From Nitrospirota bacterium (lineage in GTDB: Bacteria > Nitrospirota > UBA9217), in NCBI GenBank assembly GCA_963749655.1, contig CAVVOB010000016.1, forward strand, positions 106,177 through 170,176: 64,000 nucleotides of DNA. Direction: 5' to 3'. The position numbers were made by a program, and so were the translations under genes. The notes beneath the pieces were generated by a model. It had not been told where the DNA came from. It searched no databases and saw only the letters and a list, made by a program, of their open reading frames with translations. Shown piece by piece: positions 21,237-31,900 of the stretch (its first letter is position 1; each line of letters begins with the position of its first letter).

Positions 21237-22704
21237 ATGGACAAAGTCCTGACAAAAAGAAATACCCTCTTCATCGTCGCAGCCCTTACCCTCTGGCGGG
21301 CCTATCTCTCGGCGACCATCCAGCTTCATCCTGACGAGGCGTACTACTGGCTTTATTCGCGCCGTCTTGACTTCGGGTATTACGATCACGCGCCTCTCGT
21401 CGGCTACCTCATCCGGTTAACGACCTTGTTTTCGAGCCAGGAGTTATGGGTGCGGTTCGGCGGCCTTCTGGAGACCGTCGTTGTCAGCATCATCTCCTGG
21501 GTCCTGTCCATGCAGCTTTTTAACGACAGGAAAGTCGCCTCGGCAAGCGTTATAACGCTGAACGTCCTGCCGCTTACCATGGCCGGTTCGATCGTCATGA
21601 CCCCGGACAATCCCCTGTTCCTGTTCGTCGGGCTCACCACCTATTTCTGGTGGCAGATAGTGGAAACGCAGAAGCCGCGGTACTGGTATCTTCTGGGGAT
21701 CGCCTTCGGACTTTCCCTGCTGTCCAAGTACACGGGCGTGCTCGTTGCCCCGTCCGTTTTTATCTTCATCCTTGCCACTGACGAGCGCAAATGGCTGAAG
21801 ACGATCCATCCCTATGCTGCTTTCCTTCTGGGATGCGCTTTCTTTCTGCCCGTTGTCTACTGGAACAGCCGGCATGAATGGATGTCCTTCGTGTTCCAGC
21901 TCAAGCACGGTCTCGGCGGAGAAACCTATAAGATCGGCCGTGTCCTGACCTATATCGGGGGCCAGATGCTTGTTGCCGGCCCCGTGCTCTGGGTGGCGGG
22001 GACAGTAGCGGCGGTCACGTATCTGTTCAGGAAAGACAAACGGACGCTGTTTCTGAGCCTGAGCTTTCTTCCGACCATACTCTTCTTCGCCTACTCGTCG
22101 CTCAAAAGAACAGCAGCAGCCAACTGGCCCTGCACAGCCTATGTCGTCTTCGGGATTCTCGTGAGCTACTATCTCCTCGATGGATCAAAAAGGAAGGAGC
22201 GCATCTGGATCGCGGGCATTCTTCTCAGCCTGACGCTGTCCCGTCGCAGCCGGATTGCATACGCGGTTCGATCTCCTTCCCCTGGCAAAGATCTCCCCGG
22301 AGCTCGCAGAAGCGGACGCGACGCAGTTCTTTTTCGGCTGGCGCGAACTTGCCCGGAAGCTGGAGGACGATCCCTCGATAAAAGTGGTAATCACCAACAA
22401 CCATCTCGTTGTCGAGGAGACCATTTATTACACCCGGGAGCGGATCTTCGCAGACGTCAACTGGCGCTCTCCCGGTCCGAACCAGTACGGCCTCTGGGAA
22501 ATACCCCGGAACGTCATCGGCGCCGACGGCGTCTGCATCGACGTGCTGGGGAAATACGGGCCTCCGCCCTGCAGTGACTATTTCACTTCCATCGGCGCGG
22601 AAAGCACTCTCCCCGTGATCAGGGACGGAAGGGTTATCCGCACCTACCATATCGTTCGCGGCATCGGATTCAAGCCGCCTGCGGAGTGGCTCAAGGAAAG
22701 ATAA
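21237..22704 (+). CDS. Second GT39/ArnT-like glycosyltransferase (frameshift near 22240)
   Basis: DEAYYW, GYYDHAPLVG, MTPD, LSKYT, PVVYWNSRHEWMSF; continues in ORF 22255..22704 (FGWRELA). Confidence 0.85.
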
Positions 22705-22830
22705 CATCGACCCATGGCGTTGCCCTCCGTCGACAGGCTTCTGCCGCAGCCGTCTCAGATTATCCGCTCCCCCTCGGATCTGCTAAAATTTCAACAGGCG
22801 TGTTTGAAAAGAACCACGAAGGGACATCCC

Positions 22831-23020
22831 ATGCTGGAAGTTAAGGATTTTTGCCACAGGCTGCCTGACCATAATACTGTGTATCGTCCTGGTCCCGGTC
22901 TTTTTTCTGCTCTTCCGGCTGGCTATCGGTCTTGCTGTATTTCTTGCACTCGTGATAGGAATTACTATAGGGATAACACTGATCGGCAGGATCGTGAGAT
23001 TCTTCTTCACCGGGAAATAG
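22831..23020 (+). CDS. Small 2-TM membrane protein (about 62 aa, one extra base near start)
   Basis: After AAGGGA-N6-ATG, removing one base gives MLKLRIFATGCLTIILCIVLVPVFFLLFRLAIGLAVFLALVIGITIGITLIGRIVRFFFTGK-stop. Not in the ORF track. Confidence 0.55.
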
Positions 23021-23135
23021 CCGTGTAAGCAGACCAGCTTTCGCAGGGCCCCGAGGTCAGGCGGTCATGCCGGGAAAAGAGATCCAATACCCATCGGCCA
23101 CTCACCGTGTCTGCTTCAGATACCCCGCCCTTGAT

Positions 23136-23438
23136 TCAATTCGATTTTTGCGTCAGCGTCCCGGTTGCCGGGTCGTAAACATAATCGTCACTGTCCAATG
23201 TTATTCCATTGAACGCTGCGACCTCATTCAGATCAGCAGGATACCGCCCGCTGGCGGCATAAAACTCCTGTATCGACTTCTGCACTTCATGGACATTCAC
23301 CCTCTTTTCCACGCTCTTCGTCGTTTTGAGGGGATGGAATATCGTGGGACCGCTCGGCTGCACCGCATCATCGGTACAGGCAGCAGTCGAAAGACCTAGA
23401 GCGATCAAAATAATTCCTGTGACGGCTTTTATTTTCAT
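23136..23438 (-). CDS. Small lipoprotein with pilin-like helix motif
   Basis: Signal peptide ending LSTAA|C; IQEFYAASGRYPADLNEV; RBS GGAGG. Confidence 0.7.
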   Translation of the reverse strand: MKIKAVTGIILIALGLSTAACTDDAVQPSGPTIFHPLKTTKSVEKRVNVHEVQKSIQEFYAASGRYPADLNEVAAFNGITLDSDDYVYDPATGTLTQKSN

Positions 23439-23647
23439 ACGGCCTCCATTCTCCATTTAACGATGTCTCCAGGCCGATGCTTTCAACGGCTTTGTAACCC
23501 GTCGGCACTGTCCCGACTATTATTATACACGCCTTCAGACGTTCAGGAGCCGGGAAAAAACGCACAGCAGGCCATATCGGGAATGGTTCTATAATTAGAG
23601 TAGGTGAGGTTATCGTCTCAGGGCAAGATGTTCAGGAGGTGGGACGG

Positions 23648-23932
23648 ATGAAGATGTTTGTCCTTGTGTATTCATCAAACATTGATGACGACGTCATTGC
23701 GGCAATTTCAAAGGGCGGTATAAAGGCATATACCAAATGGACCGATGTCCATGGCATGGGACCCGAGACAGGGCCCAAATTGAGGTACAGCCAGGGTGAC
23801 AACCATGTTTTGACGATAGTGGTTAACGATGCCGATGCCTCTAAAGTAAGAGACGTCGTCTTGAATCTGAGGAAGGAATATCCTTTGGGCGGCGTGCGCT
23901 GCTTCATCGTGCCGGTGGAAGAAATGATATAA
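23648..23932 (+). CDS. P-II-like protein (PG0541-type)
   Basis: 94 aa; AYTKWTDVHGMG..GPK, VRCFIVPVEE fit the P-II-like pattern; RBS CAGGAGGT. Confidence 0.7.
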   Translation: MKMFVLVYSSNIDDDVIAAISKGGIKAYTKWTDVHGMGPETGPKLRYSQGDNHVLTIVVNDADASKVRDVVLNLRKEYPLGGVRCFIVPVEEMI

Positions 23933-23950
23933 ATTCTGAGTGATGGTTGC

Positions 23951-23965
23951 TGGCAGGCGGGTTGC
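23951..23965 (+). promoter_or_regulatory. Putative sigma54 promoter
   Basis: TGGCA-ggcggg-TTGC with canonical -24/-12 spacing, about 90 bp upstream of the lipoprotein ATG. Confidence 0.5.
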
Positions 23966-24056
23966 GCAATCCCTGGAGTCTCCTCCTAAAGTTTCAGCAG
24001 AACCTGACGATAAGAATATACCAGGTTCAAATACAAACCCTACAGGAGGATTCTTT

Positions 24057-25085
24057 ATGCCCAAGATTTCAGTGACCCTCGTACTGGTTGTTCTGTTGAG
24101 CATTGCCGGTTGCGGAAGCAACAAATCATCAACTACCACAGACTCACAAAAGCAGCCGGACACAAATGGCAGCACGAGCACGCTCTTTAACGCGGTAAAA
24201 GCGACCACGCCGGCATTCACGGCAACGGCCTCTGCGGGAGCTCCCGCATTGAGATCAATGGTGTTCTCGGCGCCATCGATCACTGATCAGGCAATGAATG
24301 TCGCCTTTCAGCTGCTGAGAGACTATACCTACCCGACCGATGAAGGCAAGGTCGACATGACCAATATGTACAAGGTTCTTTACGAGGCCGGACGCTACCT
24401 TGATGAGGCGCCCTCGATCTGCGCTACAATCTCATCGGTAACGGACGCGTCCATTTCTCCTTATGCGTTCAGCGACTTCCTCGGTCACTCCTATGATTGC
24501 GGCGGAAGCCAGGCCGAATCCGGAGGATACGGCAGTAGCGTTGCCTATAAAGCCAGCGGGGCGGACAAGTACATGCTCGCTTCGTACAAGTGGGCGCCGG
24601 ACGCGGCCCAACAGATCGCCATAGGGGTGATCCAGGCCTCCTACAACGACACGACGAAAGATGTCTCATTGATCTTCGCTCAAGCGGTAAACTATCCGGC
24701 AGGAAGCACCATGGGAGGGGTCAGCGGCAGCGGATTTGCCACACGCGCCCGCATCACGGGAAACAGCGGCACGCATACGTTCGAGCTCAAAATGCTTACC
24801 CAGAACGCCTCGCTGGTAGGAAAGGGTATATCGCAGGGAGCGGGCAATTACTTCCTGATCAGAAACGGGTCCGATTACTACTGTCTGCCCGCCGGGGCCA
24901 CGGAGGATGATCTGGGCGCTGTTACGAAAACCGACGCCGCGGGAGTGGACGCCAATTGCGCGAGCTACACAGCCGACGTCAGCGCGGCCACGCCCTATGA
25001 CGTGAATACTGATCTGCCCAAAATCGATCTGTCCGATTTCAATCTTGGCGTGAACGGGACCCCGGTGCATTACCAGATGTTCTAG
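24057..25085 (+). CDS. Uncharacterised lipoprotein
   Basis: RBS AGGAGG, lipobox LSIAG|C, S/T-rich linker, about 340 aa with several Cys. Confidence 0.8.
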   Translation: MPKISVTLVLVVLLSIAGCGSNKSSTTTDSQKQPDTNGSTSTLFNAVKATTPAFTATASAGAPALRSMVFSAPSITDQAMNVAFQLLRDYTYPTDEGKVDMTNMYKVLYEAGRYLDEAPSICATISSVTDASISPYAFSDFLGHSYDCGGSQAESGGYGSSVAYKASGADKYMLASYKWAPDAAQQIAIGVIQASYNDTTKDVSLIFAQAVNYPAGSTMGGVSGSGFATRARITGNSGTHTFELKMLTQNASLVGKGISQGAGNYFLIRNGSDYYCLPAGATEDDLGAVTKTDAAGVDANCASYTADVSAATPYDVNTDLPKIDLSDFNLGVNGTPVHYQMF

Positions 25086-25192
25086 AATCAGTTTCTAGTT
25101 TGTAGTTTTTAGTTCAAAAGATCCGAAAAGGCTGACAAGCTTGCAACCAGTTCTGACAGTATCTGAGCCGGCAAGCGTGTCAGCCTTTTTTG

Positions 25193-25265
25193 GTGTCACC
25201 TCGAACGAAGAGATAGGCCTTTTAATTGATCGGAAATCAGGTTTTTCGCTTCTCTCGAAATGACA
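25193..25265. repeat. REP-like inverted repeat between convergent genes
   Basis: TGTCACCTCGAACGAAG...CTTCTCTCGAAATGACA; adjacent to a second inverted repeat GGCTGACA...TGTCAGCC at 25130-25185. Confidence 0.6.
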
Positions 25266-25276
25266 GGCCTGACGTT

Positions 25277-28200
25277 TCACCAGGAAATCAGCCCCACGCT
25301 CTTCCTTAGTATCACCACCACGTCGCCGATATCGATCTTGCCGTCGGGGACAGGCGCGCCGCTTTTCAGGGGCGCAACGTCTCCCCGGGAAATATCCGAT
25401 CCGGTCGGGGCTACGATCCCCGCCGCAAAACGGAGCGCCTTAAGCGCGTCCACCGTATCCACATCCCCGTCGATATCCAGGTCTCCGGTGGAATTGCTCC
25501 TGATTATGGGGCCTGCGCCATAGGCGCATATGGTCGACATTCCGTCGGTGATGCTTGCATACACATAGTAGGTCCCGGGAGCAAGGTTCGTGACGTCCCA
25601 GATATAGTCGCCGGGGCCGTCGTTTTCGCTTATGCCCGTGGAAATATGGCTGCCGTTACAGCCCATGCCGGTTGTGTCATAGCCCGGAATAACCGTCGCT
25701 ATGCTGTCGGGGTCAAAGGCGGTCCAGGTGATCGTGTAGCTGTTACCGTAGACGATGGGCTCCGCAGATCCGGGCGTTGTCATCGTGATCGCCGGCGGGT
25801 CGTTAGCTCCGGTGTTGTTGACGGTGAAGGAATTAGCCGCCATCCAGCCGCTTGCTGAGCCGTGAGCGTCAGCGGCTTGTGCTCTCCACCAGTACGCAGT
25901 CCTGTCGGAAAGCGCGTGGTCCACCGTCCAACTCCTGCCTGCGCCCGCAGTCGAGGCAACGAGGCTTACAAGGCCGCTGTCGCTATAGACCTCGTACTCG
26001 TAGGCGAGCTTGTCGTTGTCCGGGTCGGTTGATGCGTTGACCTGGAACGTGGGGGCCAGGACCGTCACCTGTCCGTTGTTTGCCGGGTAATTTAGTGTCG
26101 GGACGGACGGTGCGTCGTTAACCGTGTTCACGAGGAAACTCGCCGTTGCCATCCACGGGCCGTCTGACTTTCCGTCATTCGCCCTTGCTCTCCAGTAATA
26201 GACGACATTCTCGGCCAGGGCTGAGGGGGTCCAGTTCGTGGTGCCCCCCCCTTCAGCCAGAAGACTCGATGTTTGCTTGTTGACGCTGTTGAACGTGTTG
26301 ACCGTATCGATCTCGAAAACGTAGTGAAGGCTGTCATGGTCAGCGTCAGTCGCATTATCGACAGCAAGCGCGGTCGTGAGGGCCGCCACTTCGCCCGCAT
26401 TCGCAGGCGCGTTGAGTCCTGGGGCTGTCGGCGCGTGGTTTGCCGTGTTCACGAGGAAGGAGGCGGCCACCCAGTTGCTTGCGCCGCCGTGGTTGTCCGC
26501 TGCCCTGGCCCTCCAAAAGTATAAAGTGTTTTCAGTGAGCGCCGTTGCAACAGTCCACGAAGTGGTGCCGCTGCCGCCCTGCGCAGCCCCGGCTGCGCCC
26601 GATACTATGTTCGAAAAGCCCGCGTCCGCGGCAACATCGAAGTCATAGGCGAGGGTGTCATGGATATCAAGGTCCGCGGCGTTGCCGACGGACAGGACCG
26701 GCGTGAGCGAATCGACCTGACTGTTATCAGACGGCGAGCTTATTGCCGGGTCCCCGGGCGCGTCATTTGACGCGTTGACAAAGAGATCGGCCATTGCCAT
26801 CCAGCTGCTGTTCACGTACCCGTCGGAAGCCAGTGCGCGCCAGTAATAGACGGTATTATCGGAAAGCGCCGGAGAAACCGTCCATGAAGTTGCCGTAATA
26901 CCGGATGCCGTTGCCGCAATGGCGCTGAAGTCGCTTGCTGCGCTCACCTCAAAGGTATAGGTGATGGGATCACCGTCCGCGTCAATGGATGTGTTGACCG
27001 CAAGGATAGGCGTTACGGTCGCTGTCTCGCTGGATGAGGCCGGGGAACTTATCGAGGGTCTGGTCGGCGCGATGTTCGAGCCATAGGTCCTCGTGAACGT
27101 TGCGGTACTGGAGCTTCCACTTAATCTATTTCCTGCCGGGTCAGTGATATTCACAGTGCTCGCGGCAATGGTATAGGTTGTCCCCGCGGTCTGAAGGCTC
27201 GTCGCCAGCCGGTAGGTGCCGCCGCCCTGCGACACTGCGCTGATGATATTCAGGCCGTTGTCTGCCGTATAATTGGCACTATTTGTCGCTCCGTTAACCG
27301 GCTCGCTGAAGACCACATCGACGTGGGTGGAGTCTCTCCAAATCGCGTCGGTATCGAGGGTCGGCGAAACAATATCAATTGTGATCCCGTCGCTGTTTCC
27401 GGACCATGCGGTCGCAGTTCCCGCGCCGTTCACGGCCTGCACCCGCGCATACAGGGTCTGGCCGTTCGAGCCGGTTATCTCTCTGGTCGATACATTGCCG
27501 ACGCTGCCGTCGAAGACATCGGTTCCGCCCGGCGTGGTCCCGACCTGCATGTTGTAGCCTGTTATGCCGGTTTCCGTGTCTGAGGCCGCCGTCCAAATGA
27601 ACATCACGGCGGCAGATGTGCTGTATGCTCCGGCATCGACCGGAACGCCGGGCGTCGACGGCGCCGTGGTATCGATCGTGATCCCATTGCTGTTTCCGGA
27701 CCATGCGGTCGCAGTTCCTGCGCCGTTCACGGCCTGCACCCGCGCATACAGTGTCTGGCCGTTCGAGCCGGTTATCTCTCTCGTCAATACATTGCCCACG
27801 CTGCCATCGAACACGTTGTTTCCGCCCGGTGTGGTACCGACCTGCAGGTTGTAGCCTGCTATGCCGGTTTCCGCGTCTGAAGCTGTTGTCCACGTGAACG
27901 TCACAACAGTAGATGTGCTGTATGCCCCGGCATCAACCGGAACGCCAGGCATTGACGGCGCCGTGGCATCGATCGTGATCCCGTCGCTGTTCCCGGACCA
28001 TGAGGTCGCAGTTCCTGCGCCGTTCACAGCCTGTACCCGCGCATACAGGGTCTGGCCGTTCGAGCCGGTTATCTCTCTGGTCAATACATTGCCGACGCTG
28101 CCGTTGAATACGTCGTTTCCGCCTGGTGTGGTACCGACTTGAAGTGTGTAGCCTGCGATGCCGCTTTCCGCGTCCGCAGCCGCCGTCCAACTGAACGTCA

Positions 28201-28915
28201 CGGCAGTAGATATGCTGTATCCTCCGGCATCGACCGGAACGCCCGGCATTGACGGCGCCGTGGTATCGATCGTGATCCCGTCGCTGCTCGGCGACCAATT
28301 CCCCGCAACGCCATGCGTATTTACCGCCCTTACCCGCGCATACAGGGTTTGTCCGTTCAAGCCGGGAAAGTCTCGGGTCAATCTATTGCCGATGTTGCCG
28401 TCGATGACATCGTTTCCTCCCGGTGTGGTCCCTATCTGCAAGTCATAGCTGGTTACGTCGCTGTCAGGATCCGATGCAGCCGGCCAGCTGAAGATCACGT
28501 AGTCCGAAACGCTGTAGAGACCTTCATCCGCAGGCGCCGGCATGTCCAAAGGCCCCGTCACATCATTCATAAGGATGTCCCCGTCCTCAGCCTCTGCCCT
28601 GCCCGAGAGCCTCTTCCAGGGACCATGGGCCGGATTTGGCGGCGCGGTGATCCCTGCCTGGAGCACGGTAAACGGTGCATACAGGACCCGCGATCTCCAC
28701 TTGTACCGCTTGCCTGCGTTCAGTCCTTGAACCGTCTCGGTCAGGGTCGAGCCGCCGCTCGTAGTAATTGCCGTCCAGAGAGAAGAAATTGTCTGACCGC
28801 AGGTCGCATGGCCGAAAGGCACGCCGACTGGACATGTTTCAACCTGCATTTTTGCTCGGCACGGCCCTGACACGCTCAAGGCGGTCATCTTCACCTGAAA
28901 ATCATCAGGGATCAA
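25277..28915 (-). CDS. C-terminal half of giant surface protein: four FN3-like repeats, Ig-like repeats, C-terminal dockerin-like domain
   Basis: Four ~99-aa repeats (GTTPGGNDV...YARVQAVN), four AP..P...D.D.D...Y.FE repeats, and a tail GDLDIDGDVDTVDALKALRFAAG...GDVAP...DGKIDIGDVVVILRKSVG. No signal peptide or RBS of its own. Confidence 0.85.
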   Translation of the reverse strand: MIPDDFQVKMTALSVSGPCRAKMQVETCPVGVPFGHATCGQTISSLWTAITTSGGSTLTETVQGLNAGKRYKWRSRVLYAPFTVLQAGITAPPNPAHGPWKRLSGRAEAEDGDILMNDVTGPLDMPAPADEGLYSVSDYVIFSWPAASDPDSDVTSYDLQIGTTPGGNDVIDGNIGNRLTRDFPGLNGQTLYARVRAVNTHGVAGNWSPSSDGITIDTTAPSMPGVPVDAGGYSISTAVTFSWTAAADAESGIAGYTLQVGTTPGGNDVFNGSVGNVLTREITGSNGQTLYARVQAVNGAGTATSWSGNSDGITIDATAPSMPGVPVDAGAYSTSTVVTFTWTTASDAETGIAGYNLQVGTTPGGNNVFDGSVGNVLTREITGSNGQTLYARVQAVNGAGTATAWSGNSNGITIDTTAPSTPGVPVDAGAYSTSAAVMFIWTAASDTETGITGYNMQVGTTPGGTDVFDGSVGNVSTREITGSNGQTLYARVQAVNGAGTATAWSGNSDGITIDIVSPTLDTDAIWRDSTHVDVVFSEPVNGATNSANYTADNGLNIISAVSQGGGTYRLATSLQTAGTTYTIAASTVNITDPAGNRLSGSSSTATFTRTYGSNIAPTRPSISSPASSSETATVTPILAVNTSIDADGDPITYTFEVSAASDFSAIAATASGITATSWTVSPALSDNTVYYWRALASDGYVNSSWMAMADLFVNASNDAPGDPAISSPSDNSQVDSLTPVLSVGNAADLDIHDTLAYDFDVAADAGFSNIVSGAAGAAQGGSGTTSWTVATALTENTLYFWRARAADNHGGASNWVAASFLVNTANHAPTAPGLNAPANAGEVAALTTALAVDNATDADHDSLHYVFEIDTVNTFNSVNKQTSSLLAEGGGTTNWTPSALAENVVYYWRARANDGKSDGPWMATASFLVNTVNDAPSVPTLNYPANNGQVTVLAPTFQVNASTDPDNDKLAYEYEVYSDSGLVSLVASTAGAGRSWTVDHALSDRTAYWWRAQAADAHGSASGWMAANSFTVNNTGANDPPAITMTTPGSAEPIVYGNSYTITWTAFDPDSIATVIPGYDTTGMGCNGSHISTGISENDGPGDYIWDVTNLAPGTYYVYASITDGMSTICAYGAGPIIRSNSTGDLDIDGDVDTVDALKALRFAAGIVAPTGSDISRGDVAPLKSGAPVPDGKIDIGDVVVILRKSVGLISW
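27375..28540 (-). repeat. Coding tandem repeat, 297-bp unit, 4 copies
   Basis: Shadow ORFs recur at 27564, 27861 and 28158; units are near-identical at DNA level. Confidence 0.85.
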
Positions 28916-31900
28916 AAGACTCGCCCCACGGTTGTACCGGCGTTGTATTGCCGTTGCCGCGCATCTGTCGTGCTATTATAGGCCGCCCGCTCGTATTGCC
29001 AAGATACACAAAGGCCGCCCCGTTGCTGGACTCATCATAATTAACCACCCCGACGATCACGTCCGCGTACCCGTCGCCGTTCACGTCCCCCACTCCCGAC
29101 ACGCTGTTGCCGAACCCTCCTGAGGTCCTGTCAACCGTGTCGGATTCTATCCTGGCAGCGGCTGTGGTAGAGACCCCGGAGGCTGAGCCGTGATAGACAA
29201 AGACGGCGCCTTCGTAGCTAAACGCAAGTGTGAGGTCGGGCGCGCTGACGATCACGTCCGCGTATCCATCGCCGTTCACGTCCCCTGCGCTGGACACGCT
29301 GTTGCCGAAGTGGGCGAAGGCCGAGCTGTATTCATACTTGAGCACGGCGGAAGGTGTGGCAGAGACGCCGGAGGCCGCGCCGTGATAGACAAAGGCCGCG
29401 CCTTCATCAGTCTGACCGTTGTCATAGTTGGGTGCTCCGACGATCACGTCAGCGTACCCGTCTCCATTTACGTCTCCCGCGCTCGAAACGCTCCAGCCAA
29501 ATGAGGCGCTGGTCTGGTTGGATTTGAGCGTTGTGGAGGCGGTTGTGGCGATGCCCGAGGGGCCGCCGTGATATACAAACGCGGATCCTCCGTCGGTTTC
29601 GCCGTTGTCGGAGAAGGACGCCCCGACGATCACGTCCGCGTACCCGTCGCCGTTCACATCCCCTCCGCCCGACACGCTTACACCGAATTGGGCGCCGGCC
29701 TGGTTGGATTCGAGCTGTGCCGCGGCTGTGGTGGAAATCCCCGAGGCTGAGCCGTGATAGACATAGGCCGCCCCTTCGTAAATCTGACCGTTGCTATATG
29801 CGTGCGCCCCGACTATCACGTCCGCGTATCCGTCGCCGTTCACATCCCCTGCACCCGACACACTTACGCCGAAACCGGCGCCGGCCTGGTTGGATTCGAG
29901 TATTGCAGCGGCTGTAGTGGAGACCCCGGAGACTGAGCCGTGATAAACAAAGGCCGCCCCTTCGTCAGCCTGGCCGTTGTCGTAGTTGACCTCCCCGACG
30001 ATCACGTCTGCGAACCCGTCGCCGTTCACGTCCCCTGCGCCCGACACACTTACGCCGAAACCGGCGCCAGCCTGGTTGGATTCGAGCATTGTGGCCGCTG
30101 TAGTGGAGACCCCGGAAGCTAAGCCGTGATAGAGAAAAGCCGCGCCTGCGTCAGCCTGACCGTTGTCGTACTTGGGCGCTCCGACGATCACGTCCGCGTA
30201 TCCGTCGCCGTTCACATCTCCTGCGCCCGACACGCTATAGCCGAAAGAGGCGTTGAACTGGGACTGGCTGAGTTCGAGTTTTGCAGCGGCTGTATTGACG
30301 ACCCCGGTTGAAGCGGGGATCCCTGCGGCTGAGCCGTGATACACAAATGCGGTTCCTTCATCGGTTTCGCCGTTGTCATATCCGTTCGCTCCGACGATCA
30401 CGTCCGCGAATCCGTCGCCGTTCACATCCCCTGCGCCCGACACGCTGCAGCCTAAAAAGGCGGAAGTCTGGTTGGCCTCGACCCTTATGGTGTCTGTAGT
30501 GGAGACCCCGGAGGCTGAGCCATGATAAATAAAGGCCGCGCCTCCGTTGACATGGTAGCTCGCCCCGACGATCACGTCCGCGTATCCGTCTCCGTTCACA
30601 TCCCCTGCACCCGACACGCGTGATCCGAAATTGGAGGTGGCCAGATAGGTGATTTCGAGCAGGGCAGCGGCTGTGCTGGAGACCCCGGAGGCTGAGCCAT
30701 GATAAACAAAAGCCGCTCCTGTATTGCCCTGACCGTCGTTATGATATGTGCTCGCCCCGACGATCACGTCCGCGTACCCGTCGCCGTTCACGTCTCCTGC
30801 GCCCGACACGCTGCAGCCGAAATTGGCGCTGAGCCTGAAGGATTCAAGCACGGAGGGCGCGGTTGTGGATATGCCCGAGGGGCCGCCGTGATACACAAAT
30901 GCCGCGCCTTCATCGGCCTGGCCGTTGTCGTATGAGGGAGCCCCGACGATCACATCCGCGTACCCGTCTGCGTTCACATCTCCTGCGCCAGACACGCTGG
31001 ATCCGAATTTGGCACCGGCCTGGTTGGATTCAAGCAGAGCTGAAGCGGCTGTGGATATTCCTGATAGGCCGCCGTGATACACAAATGCCGCGCCTTCATC
31101 GGTTTCGCCGCTATCATAGGAGGGCGCCCCGACGATCACGTCCGAGTAACCATCTCCGTTCACGTCCCCTGCGCCGGACACGCTCCACCCGAAATTGGCG
31201 CCGGCTTGGTTGGATTCGAGCAGGGTAGCAGCCGTAGCTGAGACCCCGGAGGCTGAACCGTGATATACAAATGCAGCTCCTTCATCAATTTCGCCGTTAT
31301 CATAGGAGAGCGCTCCGACGATCACATCCGAGTACCCATCTCCGTTCACGTCCCCTGCGCCGGACACGCTCCACCCGAAATTGGCGCCGGCCAGGTTGGA
31401 TTCGAGCCGTACGAAAGAGGCAGCGGATATGCCCGATGTGCCGCCGTAATACACAAACGCTGCCCCTTCGTCGGTTTCGCCGTTGTCGTAGGAGGGCGCT
31501 CCGACGATGACGTCCGCGTACCCGTCGCCGTTCACGTCCCCTGCGCCGGACACGCTCCAGCCGAAATTGGCGCCGGCCTGGTCGGATTCGAGCAGGGCGT
31601 CATGAGTCAAGGTAAGGAGGGGGTCGATGTAGACCGGATAGGTTGCTGCGCTGTCGTTTATGGCGATGACAACAACGGTTTCGTGTTTCGCGTTCTTAAT
31701 CTCGAGTTGAAACCGGGAAGGTATCGGCTTGTTGTGCGCATCAACGACCTTTATATCCTTGTATTCGAGTTTGCGTCCTGTTGCGGTCGTCAGGATGATT
31801 TTGCCGTTTTCAAGGGCTGCGGTTGCGTTGTCGAGGGCAAGGGCGAGTCTGAGCTCACCGTTTCCTTCAGGTCTTTTCCTGATGTCGAAACCCTGCTCAA

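Noticed and set aside
23935-24056. Cyclic-di-GMP or other riboswitch upstream of the lipoprotein
   Set aside because: No GEMM-I/II core is recognisable; a sigma54-like promoter explains the region better.
28902-28907. Selenocysteine readthrough at TGA TGA
   Set aside because: The downstream coding sequence is in a different frame, so readthrough would not join the ORFs.
27375-31600. Regular 186-bp and 297-bp repeats as a CRISPR array or DGR template/variable pair
   Set aside because: The periods are multiples of three, lie in frame inside one protein, have no unique spacers, and no cas or reverse transcriptase gene is present.
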